Of a stretch of 29,040 bases of DNA, positions 1 through 10,873 are shown piece by piece. This stretch comes from Macrostomum lignano. Lineage: Eukaryota. The notes beneath the pieces were generated by a model. It had not been told where the DNA came from. It did no database searches and saw only the letters and a list, made by a program, of their open reading frames with translations. Every line of letters starts with the position of its first letter. Positions within the stretch are counted from its first letter, which is position 1. The position numbers were made by a program, and so were the translations under genes. The stretch spans positions 1-29,040 of the forward strand of contig NIVC01004068.1 of assembly GCA_002269645.1 (NCBI GenBank). Direction: 5' to 3'.

Positions 1-273
1 GTGAACTGAAGCAATCCCAGGATCGTGGGCTGAAAGAGTCTGTTGGAACTCTAGATCCGGCCAAGTCACTACACTATGTTGAAATGCTCGATCAAGCACA
101 CACATCACCCCCACTTGCACTGTCAACTGACCAAATATATTGAGTAGACAAGGCAAAACAGTGGCCACCATTTTCCGCGCGCAAGCGTAGACTTTACATA
201 AATAGTCATAAATATTTGTTACTACATCGACTATTCCTTTTTTCTATAATAGCTAAAACAAAGTCGAACTCAC

Positions 274-666
274 GCAAAGGTTTTCCGTAAGCCTCGAACT
301 CGCAGATCGTCAGCTGAGGCAGGTAACTTTTCACCATGATCTCATGTCCGTATCCGTCGCATTTCAGAGTCTTATAGGCGAATTGTGTCGAATCTTTGTA
401 CCGATTGCACACATTCTTATCGTCGATGATCACTTCGAAGTCTGTCAGTCTCTCCCTCAGCATGTCGCGGTTGTAGATTTTGACGTACATGAAGAGCATG
501 GGATTATCAGTCTTCGCCTTCCACCAGGTGTTTTGTTTGCCCGTGTGAGCGCAGTTTAATAGATACCCTATATCTGAATCCAGTTTGCCATCATAAGCCT
601 TGTTGCACATGTAATTTGTGTCATCCTGGTTCGAGCCCTGGCTGCAGCTGACGAATTTGAATTTTG
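274..666 (-). CDS. F-type (fucolectin/FTP) lectin domain exon, copy 1; internal phase 1-1 exon of 393 nt
   Basis: Translation KFKFVSCSQGS..CNKAYDG..CAHT..WWKA..VKIYNRDMLRERL..C..C..LTICEFEAYG matches the F-type lectin pattern (DG Ca site, His..Arg..Arg triad, C-terminal CE.E.YG). Minus-strand acceptor (..ctctccattcaatgcag) at 667 and GTGAGT donor at 273-268. An in-frame stop lies just upstream of the acceptor, so the ORF-track start and tail are artefacts. Confidence 0.85.
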
Positions 667-905
667 CTGCATTGAATGGAGAGTGGCAGTTGAAATTTCA
701 GATGTACACCGAAACACAAATATATTTACGGTATGAATAGCTGTTCGACGGACCAATCAGAAACTTTGTATGGGTGTGTATGTCTACTCGTATATGCTAA
801 AATAGCACGTTTACTGCGAATGGATAGTCACTGCTGCTAGTAAACACTATTAACAAGTTGAGCGGTTTTTTGGCAGTTAATCTCTAGTAAAACTGCATTT
901 TTCAG

Positions 906-1442
906 GGGGGTCTTTCTCGAAAGCAACTTACAATCGACCATAGACGTAAGTTGGGTAAGCTACACTTACGGGTTGCTCGAAGGGCTCGCAAGTTAGCTAT
1001 GCGTAAGATTGATCGCAACTTTACGAGTTCGTAACTTTGCGCAAAAGACTGTTTCTCGAAGCGTTCGTATGTCTATGGTCTTTCGTAAGGTTGATCTTGA
1101 TTCTTAACCCTACGACAGCTCGGTATCAGTCGTAAGACGCACTTAAGCACTAATCGCATAGTACGTGGTGAAGCTTTAGTCAAGCCAAGTCAAGTTAAAC
1201 TTTATCGAAGGTGAGTCTTTCTCGAAAGCAACTTACGATAGACTAAAGTAAAGATATTTGCAGATTTATGACCATAGACATGCAACTTTTCGTTTCAGAT
1301 ACGACTTACGAACAGCGTAAGCCACGCAAAGTCTAAGTGAGTTTTGAGAAAGCGTCTTACGAGCAAACTTACGCTACACGTAAATTTCTTTCTTACGATC
1401 TAACTTACCATAGAACTTACGTGAGTTTCGAGAAACACCCCC
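906..1442. mobile_element. PIF/Harbinger-type MITE (537 bp)
   Basis: 17-bp TIRs GGGGGT(C/G)TTTCTCGAAA with one mismatch, a 3-bp CAG TSD (903-905 and 1443-1445), many internal ACTTACG/CGTAAG motifs and no coding capacity. Confidence 0.85.
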
Positions 1443-2013
1443 CAGACCGAAATTTTTATGAAATGCTACCTAAGACTGGCAAGCAAGCAAAGTTCTTACG
1501 AAATTTCTGCCGCTCTAGTCTCCCTGGCTTATTTTTTCTGGAATGATTTTTGTGGAATTTTCTGGTCATTGTTAAAACCCTAATTTATCGCTATGCAGAA
1601 ATGCATTATACAGAAATCCATTTAAAAGAAACGACTGTCTTTGTCGGGGGTCGGTGCTGGTTTGAGGTGGTAGGCCTCACCCACCCACTGTGTTCTAAGG
1701 GCTACCTTGTGAACCGCTGGTGCCTATTTCGCTGCGGTTGATTAAATTCTTAATAATATATAATTTATAAAATAATAATATAATGTAACGATATATACAG
1801 ATTTTTTTCGGCAGCTAATTGCTGCCGTTAAAGAATCTGTCTATGTCGTTATTGTGCTTTTTTGAATGAAACTGATTATTAACGATAGATTTTATACCTT
1901 TCGGTAGTATATTCAGCGATGCAGGATGTTATTACAACTCTGGGACACATGTATTGTTATGTCTTCAGGTTACTTAAAGTCTTCAATATACTTAAGGCAT
2001 TAATTATTAGTGC

Positions 2014-2205
2014 TGATATCCTAGCAGACGTTTCCGCGGCTCCAAGGTTCTTAGTCTTGCTCTTATTTCTCTTTATTCCACATTCTCACAGCGGGATTTT
2101 AACCCAAGCCTGTTTTGCAGCTTCATTTAGTCCATAGATAAAACAAAACGCGTCAAACTGCATATGCAATTAAAATAATATCAATATTATAGTCGCGTCA
2201 TATCA
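2014..2205 (-). mobile_element. 3' LTR (192 bp) of a Ty3/Gypsy retrotransposon
   Basis: On the minus strand it begins TGATAT directly after a polypurine tract (AGAAAGAGGGA, 2216-2206) that follows the integrase stop. It ends ATATCA (6-bp terminal inverted repeat) and contains AATAAA (2077-2072). Confidence 0.75.
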
Positions 2206-2216
2206 TCCCTCTTTCT

Positions 2217-2800
2217 TCAAGATGATTGGTACCTGTCCAATGCTCTCCGGATCCGCACTGGGTACCTGGACTCCGAAGGTTGAATTGAACTTGGTTCTTC
2301 ATCGTCCTGGATAGGCTTGTGGGTTTCAGCCTCGGCTCTGTCTCTGACATGGTTCCGGTGCACCACCAGATCTCGTCCTCTATGGTCCTGTACTCGTCTC
2401 AGCTGTTCTCCAACCGCTTCTTGAAGTACTCCCTCCCTCCACTCCTTGTTGAAGGGATCTTGGACCCAAACAGGACTGTGAATTTGATCTGTTTTCTTGT
2501 GCTGGAACGACCGACGATGTAGCAGTGACAGTCTAGTATTAAACTGGCGCCCAAACATTTCTCGACACGGAGCGACACCGTTGGCTCTTGGGCAGACTCG
2601 AATGGCGTACAAAGTTTGTTGCATTCGAACTTCCGGGTCTGGATCGTTTAGCTGTTTTAGCTTGGTCTTCAGCCTTTTCACTGCTACCTCGACTACTCCA
2701 TTCGAAGCGGGAAGGTATCTGGGTGACTTGAGGTGTAGCACTCCCATTCGCTTCAACCAGGCTTCTGTTGAAGCTTGGAAACAGAAGCATTCAGTGTGAT
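2217..2800 (-). pseudogene. Ty3/Gypsy integrase C-terminal remnant, 5' truncated
   Basis: SPRYLPASNGVVEVAVKRLK (SPxYxPxSNG.xE motif), P..MFGR, VWVQ..W..G.L....G, VVHRNHVRDR and RYPVRIRR..DRY. The upstream DN(G/A) catalytic motif is not intact and a stop lies at ~2802-2804. Confidence 0.85.
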
Positions 2801-3946
2801 GTCATTCTCTTGCAGCCTTTCTTACAGAGGGGGTTGTGAGGGTTTGACTCTGACTATATATGAAAGTGTGTTTGGCAATCAGATCTCACTTCTGTTTTTC
2901 CGTCCCCGGTTTTGATTTTTGTCCCGGCTTTCCGGCCGCTTGCCATTGTTTTGGTTCGCGCTTTGAGGCGCTTGAGTTCATCACCCCCGGTCCATATTTT
3001 TGTCCCCTGCCGACCGCTTCAGTCTTGTAGCGTAACGTATACGGCAGATTCCTGTCTGAAGTCGTCGCTATCAAGCGCGGTTAGATAGAGACTGTCGGAT
3101 TTGACCAAGTACGTGGCCTCGACCCAGAGGGCCTCGATCAGTGTCACACTGAAGGGCAGTGCTGATAGAATTTAGTCAGTGCTCCGTTGAACGGTCAATT
3201 CGGCAGGGCTCTCGTTTGAGTGTAGGTTCTGGTTTAGGCCAGGGGTTAGGAGTCTTCTCCGTTGGTCGTGTTCGGTTTTTCTTCTTCAAGCTGAGATCTG
3301 CTTGCCATTGCGTAACTAAGTTATTATTAATCGTTTGTCTCGATATCATTTTCCGCTATTATCAGTTCGAAATTATCTGCGCCGCGAATTGCATTGAAGC
3401 TTGTAACTTGAAGTAATCAAATTAAATCGTCTAGCCAATTATCAGTCTGTATCATATAGGATTATCACTCTCTAAATCTATTCGGTTCGTGTTCATCGGC
3501 ATTCTTCCTTTTCTTGTACCGTACTGTGACTATTGGAGAAAGACTGGTAGGACTCGCCGACCGGCGATAGGCGATTAGCTTTAAAATCTCCGAACGCTCC
3601 AAGTAGGTTTGTCTAGGGCCTAAATAATTGCTTATCGTGCATGCAATATATATTCATATTGTATTCATCACATCGGCTAAATTTTCCCGGGTTTTTTTTC
3701 ACAGACTAGAATGTCGTCATTCTTACAGCATACTAAAACATACTACGCACTACACCTTTTTCCATTCTATTTTGGCAAACATCTAGAACATCAACATCTA
3801 GAACATACTACGCGCTAAAGTCTCTGTTTTCGTGCGGCCATTCAGCGGCAAATGGAATCCCCGTCCGTCGATCGCTAGGTAAACATCATTAGCGGAGAAT
3901 CATTCAAGCGTTGTAATGGAGCTCTTGTCGGAACTCATTTGTGACA

Positions 3947-6356
3947 CAAGGACAACTTAAGTAGTTACGTTATATATAGGACGCGACACTCAGCTTTCGT
4001 GGAAATTTTTTTGGAGGCCCGTAAGCCGTATAAAGTTCTACGTACATAAGCCTAGGATTCGACCGCTACATAGAGCACAGGACTGTGTGTGTTGTAATAA
4101 ACCATTCAGGTTTTCATTTCTTACTAAACTTGATAAGCTGACTTCACCTATTAATTAAAATAATTATATCACGTTCCTTAATGGCCAATAACAATATGCA
4201 TTTTTTAATTTGGATTTGTGAAATAGCTACTGGTTTTCTTGTTTTCTTTTTTGCTGACAAACATGGTTTCTTTATATCACAATTGTCAACAAGAGACCAT
4301 GTTTACAAAGCATTTTTTTATAGTTATTATAGCTCTAGGTTGCAAATACCATTGCATCTAAAATTAAATTTTGTTTTCTGAAAAATAACATATAGAACAT
4401 CATATTTGATATGAAAAAATGGTCTAGGAATCTTCCATCATGAAAGCTTGGCTTGTTTATAGTTGACTGGGTGTGTTCTCCTATTATATTCTAATATAAG
4501 TCAAGAAAATAGTGACAATTTTTCCAAAGTCACTTTTTGCCTTTTTGGGTTTCTCAAATTTTTACACTCTAGAAATTGACATTAAAATGGAAGCTTTTTT
4601 TCTATGTATTTCTATGTATTTCTATGTCATGTCTGTTAGGCCCATTGTAGTTGAAACTGAAATATTTCTATTAGTAAAAACCTTATTTATGTTAATGACT
4701 ACCCCTAGTAGTTAGAAAGTTTTAAAGCCATGTTTTTCATTAAATAGCTTGTTTATTAACTAACACTAGGAATTAATTTGAAACTTGTAATGTGCTAAAT
4801 AGTATAAACACTAATAGGCCTACAGCTATTATAAGTAAAACCTATAAGAAATCTTTGACCAATAACATTTCATTTATATAGGTTATTAAGTGATAAACAA
4901 GGTTCATAAACATATAAATGTGCAATTTAAAATACTTTTTTACTTTATATCATTCGAGAATGTCACCAAACACATGGGAAATGCAAAAAGCATTGGCCAA
5001 AGGATGCAAGGCTTACAAAAATCAAGCGATATTTTCAACCTATTGACCCACCATCTGTCTTTATGTGCCCACCTAGCTCACTCTATGCGGCAAACATTTG
5101 CAGGTACATTTTTGCCAAAGTTCTTTAAATAATGCTTTCAATATAAGTCAGCGCTGTCACTCAATTGCATTATTTCAGTGTCATCTAGAAATGTGACTGA
5201 ACGTTGTATTCTGGCGTCACATTGTCAACAAATGCCTGATGAACTACAGGACTTTAATACAAAGGATAGAATTGGAGGCTGGGAGAACTTTGCATCCGCT
5301 GTGGTAGACAAGCCAGCCTGGATGTCAAGTTGGTTGGTCCAACGCGAGGAGGGTTGCTTCGGAAACCCGCGAGCAGCTTGTTGCGATGGTGAGCTGTCGG
5401 ACGACGAACTTGCACATCTCAATGATCTAGTTTCGACTTCGAAAGACAGCGCTGAATCCTCCATACCCACTGATGAAGAACAGTTGGCACTGTACTATGT
5501 ATGCGGATATGTAGCTCGCAAGGAGCAGATCCCAGTTTCAGAAGACAGTGGCCAAGCTGATTCAAATTCTCCAATTCAGTTGCCCGCTGATTGTGAGTTC
5601 ACGCGTTTACTATCGAGAGGCAAGCTGCGCAAGCCTCCAGAGTGGCTCCTGGTTTTTGCCGCACTGTGCTACCGACTGTTCTCATCACTGCGACCGTGTT
5701 GCTCAACTCGATTGGCTCGGATGTTTGTGTTTGTTTTTGAATCAGCCATCACTTAAATTTTGACTAAACCTGTGGATTTTTGGAACAGTTTTGCTGCTCA
5801 GGGCTGCTCAGTTTTAGTGTTGAAAAAAAGCCAAATCTAGGTCAGGATCCAGATCCAGGTCCTGGTCCTTCGGGTAAATTTCTGCTTCGTCGCAGATGCT
5901 TTGTCGAGTTTGTTTTCCGTTTTGTCTCACTCTAACGCAGGCCACAAATTTATTAACTTTTTTGATACTCGTAATAAATAAACCAATGGCATTTGACAGT
6001 GATATTTTCTATAATACATAAACTGTTTTATTTTACACTTGCTTAATGAGATTATTAGTTTACAAACTAAAAACTCGTTTTCGCTATTGAGTATTGACTA
6101 GGAATTGTGACAGACTGACAAATTTCTAAAGAAAATTTGGCGTATTTTACACAAAATTGCACGAAATTGGGTTGTTTTCACTGTACTTAACTGTACGCTG
6201 CTTATAAATGTAGTCTACTATTTTATCACTGACATTTTAACGAAAAAAAAATTTCTGGACCTAACACCGAAAGAATCAGCTTTCTACGTGCAACTAGTCG
6301 AAAATTACATGTATGTTAAGACCAGGCCTCCAATAAAAATTACACGATACGCGAGT
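3947..6356 (+). mobile_element. THAP/P-element-like DNA transposon, internally deleted, right TIR truncated (copy A)
   Basis: Left end CAAGGACAAC fits the P superfamily CANRG terminus and is shared with the inverted copy at 10873, where flanks diverge. The left 3985-4019 and right 6325-6356 regions are imperfect inverted repeats (..TCGTG.AATTTTT.TTGGAGGCC). The element encodes THAP and P-transposase C-terminal motifs. Confidence 0.7.
4959..5756 (+). pseudogene. THAP-domain / P-type transposase deletion derivative lacking the catalytic core
   Basis: A frame not in the ORF track (~4959-5103) reads CKKHWPKDARLTKIKRYFQPIDPPSVF (THAP C-H-P-F). A possible intron at 5104-5188 joins it to ..MPDELQDFNTKDRI..EEQLALYYVCGYVARK..SRGKLRKP, resembling the P/THAP9 C-terminus. 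No DDE/RNase H core lies between them. Confidence 0.65.
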
Positions 6357-6387
6357 AGGACGCAACACTCGCGTATCGTGTAATTTT
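6336..6387. other. Perfect 21-bp inverted repeat with 10-nt loop at the element/duplication junction
   Basis: AAAATTACACGATACGCGAGT (6336-6356), loop AGGACGCAAC, ACTCGCGTATCGTGTAATTTT (6367-6387). Confidence 0.95.
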
Positions 6388-6588
6388 CGATCCGGCCAAG
6401 TCACGATCAAGCACACACATCACCCCCACTTGCACTGTCAACTGACCAAATATATTGAGTAGACAAGGCAAAACAGTGGCCACCATTTTCCGCGCGCAAG
6501 CGTAGACTTTACATAAATAGTCATAAATATTTGTTACTACATCGACTATTCCTTTTTTCTATAATAGCTAAAACAAAGTCGAACTCAC

Positions 6589-6981
6589 GCAAAGGTTTTC
6601 CGTAAGCCTCGAACTCGCAGATCGTCAGCTGAGGCAGGTAACTTTTCACCATGATCTCATGTCCGTATCCGTCGCATTTCAGAGTCTTATAGGCGAATTG
6701 TGTCGAATCTTTGTACCGATTGCACACATTCTTATCGTCGATGATCACTTCGAAGTCTGTCAGTCTCTCCCTCAGCATGTCGCGGTTGTAGATTTTGACG
6801 TACATGAAGAGCATGGGATTATCAGTCTTCGCCTTCCACCAGGTGTTTTGTTTGCCCGTGTGAGCGCAGTTTAATAGATACCCTATATCTGAATCCAGTT
6901 TGCCATCATAAGCCTTGTTGCACATGTAATTTGTGTCATCCTGGTTCGAGCCCTGGCTGCAGCTGACGAATTTGAATTTTG
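6589..6981 (-). CDS. F-type lectin domain exon, copy 2 (same protein as 274-666)
   Basis: Same translation and same acceptor (6982) and GTGAGT donor (6588) as copy 1. Confidence 0.8.
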
Positions 6982-7220
6982 CTGCATTGAATGGAGAGTG
7001 GCAGTTGAAATTTCAGATGTACACCGAAACACAAATATATTTACGGTATGAATAGCTGTTCGACGGACCAATCAGAAACTTTGTATGGGTGTGTATGTCT
7101 ACTCGTATATGCTAAAATAGCACGTTTACTGCGAATGGATAGTCACTGCTGCTAGTAAACACTATTAACAAGTTGAGCGGTTTTTTGGCAGTTAATCTCT
7201 AGTAAAACTGCATTTTTCAG

Positions 7221-7757
7221 GGGGGTCTTTCTCGAAAGCAACTTACAATCGACCATAGACGTAAGTTGGGTAAGCTACACTTACGGGTTGCTCGAAGGGC
7301 TCGCAAGTTAGCTATGCGTAAGATTGATCGCAACTTTACGAGTTCGTAACTTTGCGCAAAAGACTGTTTCTCGAAGCGTTCGTATGTCTATGGTCTTTCG
7401 TAAGGTTGATCTTGATTCTTAACCCTACGACAGCTCGGTATCAGTCGTAAGACGCACTTAAGCACTAATCGCATAGTACGTGGTGAAGCTTTAGTCAAGC
7501 CAAGTCAAGTTAAACTTTATCGAAGGTGAGTCTTTCTCGAAAGCAACTTACGATAGACTAAAGTAAAGATATTTGCAGATTTATGACCATAGACATGCAA
7601 CTTTTCGTTTCAGATACGACTTACGAACAGCGTAAGCCACGCAAAGTCTAAGTGAGTTTTGAGAAAGCGTCTTACGAGCAAACTTACGCTACACGTAAAT
7701 TTCTTTCTTACGATCTAACTTACCATAGAACTTACGTGAGTTTCGAGAAACACCCCC
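7221..7757. mobile_element. Harbinger-type MITE, duplicated copy
   Basis: Same TIRs and CAG TSD (7218-7220, 7758-7760) as 906-1442. Confidence 0.85.
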
Positions 7758-8328
7758 CAGACCGAAATTTTTATGAAATGCTACCTAAGACTGGCAAGCA
7801 AGCAAAGTTCTTACGAAATTTCTGCCGCTCTAGTCTCCCTGGCTTATTTTTTCTGGAATGATTTTTGTGGAATTTTCTGGTCATTGTTAAAACCCTAATT
7901 TATCGCTATGCAGAAATGCATTATACAGAAATCCATTTAAAAGAAACGACTGTCTTTGTCGGGGGTCGGTGCTGGTTTGAGGTGGTAGGCCTCACCCACC
8001 CACTGTGTTCTAAGGGCTACCTTGTGAACCGCTGGTGCCTATTTCGCTGCGGTTGATTAAATTCTTAATAATATATAATTTATAAAATAATAATATAATG
8101 TAACGATATATACAGATTTTTTTCGGCAGCTAATTGCTGCCGTTAAAGAATCTGTCTATGTCGTTATTGTGCTTTTTTGAATGAAACTGATTATTAACGA
8201 TAGATTTTATACCTTTCGGTAGTATATTCAGCGATGCAGGATGTTATTACAACTCTGGGACACATGTATTGTTATGTCTTCAGGTTACTTAAAGTCTTCA
8301 ATATACTTAAGGCATTAATTATTAGTGC

Positions 8329-9116
8329 TGATATCCTAGCAGACGTTTCCGCGGCTCCAAGGTTCTTAGTCTTGCTCTTATTTCTCTTTATTCCACATTC
8401 TCACAGCGGGATTTTAACCCAAGCCTGTTTTGCAGCTTCATTTAGTCCATAGATAAAACAAAACGCGTCAAACTGCATATGCAATTAAAATAATATCAAT
8501 ATTATAGTCGCGTCATATCATCCCTCTTTCCTTCAAGATGATTGGTACCTGTCCAATGCTCTCCGGATCCGCACTGGGTACCTGGACTCCGAAGGTTGAA
8601 TTGAACTTGGTTCTTCATCGTCCTGGATAGGCTTGTGGGTTTCAGCCTCGGCTCTGTCTCTGACATGGTTCCGGTGCACCACCAGATCTCGTCCTCTATG
8701 GTCCTGTACTCGTCTCAGCTGTTCTCCAACCGCTTCTTGAAGTACTCCCTCCCTCCACTCCTTGTTGAAGGGATCTTGGACCCAAACAGGACTGTGAATT
8801 TGATCTGTTTTCTTGTGCTGGAACGACCGACGATGTAGCAGTGACAGTCTAGTATTAAACTGGCGCCCAAACATTTCTCGACACGGAGCGACACCGTTGG
8901 CTCTTGGGCAGACTCGAATGGCGTACAAAGTTTGTTGCATTCGAACTTCCGGGTCTGGATCGTTTAGCTGTTTTAGCTTGGTCTTCAGCCTTTTCACTGC
9001 TACCTCGACTACTCCATTCGAAGCGGGAAGGTATCTGGGTGACTTGAGGTGTAGCACTCCCATTCGCTTCAACCAGGCTTCTGTTGAAGCTTGGAAACAG
9101 AAGCATTCAGTGTGAT
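8329..9116 (-). mobile_element. Duplicated Gypsy remnant (LTR 8329-8520, PPT, integrase 8533-~9116)
   Basis: Same sequence as 2014-2800 apart from a 1-nt insertion at the PPT edge. Confidence 0.82.
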
Positions 9117-9850
9117 GTCATTCTCTTGCAGCCTTTCTTACAGAGGGGGGTTGTGAGGGTTTGACTCTGACTATATATGAAAGTGTGTTTGGCAATCAGA
9201 TCTCACTTCTGTTTTTCCGTCCCCGGTTTTGATTTTTGTCCCGGCTTTCCGGCCGCTTGCCATTGTTTTGGTTCGCGCTTTGAGGCGCTTGAGTTCATCA
9301 CCCCCGGTCCATATTTTTGTCCCCTGCCCGACTGCTTCAGTCTTGTAGCGTAACGTATACGGCAGATTCCTGTCTGAAGTCGTCGCTATCAAGCGCGGTT
9401 AGATAGAGACTGTCGGATTTGACCAAGTACGTGGCCTCGACCCAGAGGGCCTCGATCAGTGTCACACTGAAGGGCAGTGCTGATAGAATTTAGTCAGTGC
9501 TCCGTTGAACGGTCAATTCGGCAGGGCTCTCGTTTGAGTGTAGGTTCTGGTTTAGGCCAGGGGTTAGGAGTCTTCTCCGTTGGTCGTGTTCGGTTTTTCT
9601 TCTTCAAGCTGAGATCTGCTTGCCATTGCGTAACTAAGTTATTATTAATCGTTTGTCTCGATATCATTTTCCGCTATTATCAGTTCGAAATTATCTGCGC
9701 CGCGAATTGCATTGAAGCTTGTAACTTGAAGTAATCAAATTAAATCGTCTAGCCAATTATCAGTCTGTATCATATAGGATTATCACTCTCTAAATCTATT
9801 CGGTTCGTGTTCATCTGCATTCTTCCTTTTCTTGTACCGTACTGTGACTA

Positions 9851-10873
9851 CACTCGCGTATCGTGTAATTTTTATTGGAGGCCTGGTCTTAACATACATG
9901 TAATTCTCGACTAGTTGCACGTAGAAAGCTAATTCTTTCGGCGTTAGGTCCAGAATTTTGTTTTTCGTTAAAATGTCAGTGATAAAATAGTAGACTACAT
10001 TTATAAGCAGCGTACAGTTAAGTACAGTGAAAACAACCCAATTTCGTGCAATTTTGTGTAAAATACGCCAAATTTTCTTTAGAAATTTGTCAGTCTGTCA
10101 CAATTCCTAGTCAATACTCAATAGCGAAAACGAGTTTTTAGTTTGTAAACTAATAATCTCATTAAGCAAGTGTAAAATAAAACAGTTTATGTATTAAAGA
10201 AAATATCACTGTCAAATGCCAAATCACTGTCGGCTTTTATTTTAATGTCAATTTCTAGAGTGTAAACCCAAAAAGGCAAAAAGTGACTTTGGAAAAATTG
10301 TCACTATTTTCTTGACTTATATTAGAATATAATAGGAGAACACACCCAGTCAACTATAAACAAGCCAAGCTTTCATGATGGAAGTTTCCTAGACCATTTT
10401 TTCATATCAAATATGATGTTCTATATGTTATTTTTCAGAAATTAAAATTTAATTTTAGATGCAATGGTATTTGCAACCTAGAGCTATAATAACTATAAAA
10501 AAATTGCTTTGTAAACATGGTCTCTTGTTGACAATTGTGATATAAAGAAACCATGTTTGTCAGCAAAAAAGAAAACAAGAAAACCAGTAGCTATTTCACA
10601 AATCCAAATTAAAAAATGCATATTGTTATTGGCCATTAAGGGAACGTGATATAATTATTTTAATTAATAGGTGAAGTCAGCTTATCAAGTTTAGTAAGAA
10701 ATGAAAACCTGAATGGTTTATTACAACACACACAGTCCTGTGCTCTAGCTATTTGTAGCGGTCGAATCCTTGGCTTATGTACGTAGAACTTTATACGGCT
10801 TACGGGCCTCCAAAAAATTTCCACGAAAGCTGAGTGTCGCGTCCTATATATAACGTAACTTCAGTTGTCCTTG
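9851..10873 (-). mobile_element. Inverted non-coding deletion derivative of the same P-like family (copy B)
   Basis: 9852-10221 is the reverse complement of ~5987-6356, and ~10232-10873 is the reverse complement of 3947-~4595. Several small indels and substitutions relative to copy A. Ends GTTGTCCTTG at 10873. Confidence 0.85.

Larger units (their letters stand above)
54..3532 (+). repeat. Source copy of 3.46 kb near-identical direct segmental duplication
   Basis: Matches 6389-9850 at offset 6315-6318; identical ORF translations in both copies. Visible differences: a 20-bp indel (70-89), three homopolymer indels and two substitutions. Confidence 0.97.
6389..9850 (+). repeat. Second copy of the direct duplication (lectin exon, MITE, Gypsy remnant)
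   Basis: Begins GATCCGGCCAAGTCAC (=54-69) and ends ..GTACTGTGACTA (=3532). Confidence 0.97.

Noticed and set aside
206-273. C-terminal tail of the 134-aa lectin ORF (also 6521-6588 and 13401-13453)
   Set aside because: It lies beyond a conserved GTGAGT donor and diverges between paralogs, so it is intron read-through.
3157-3364. Possible 5' or solo LTR (AGTGC-TGATA 10-mer shared with the 2009-2018 LTR edge)
   Set aside because: No similarity to the 192-bp LTR body, no PBS and no TSD.
6105-6112. TTGTGACA as the right TSD of element A
   Set aside because: It is not preceded by CCTTG, and copy B contains the sequence on both sides of it, so it is internal.
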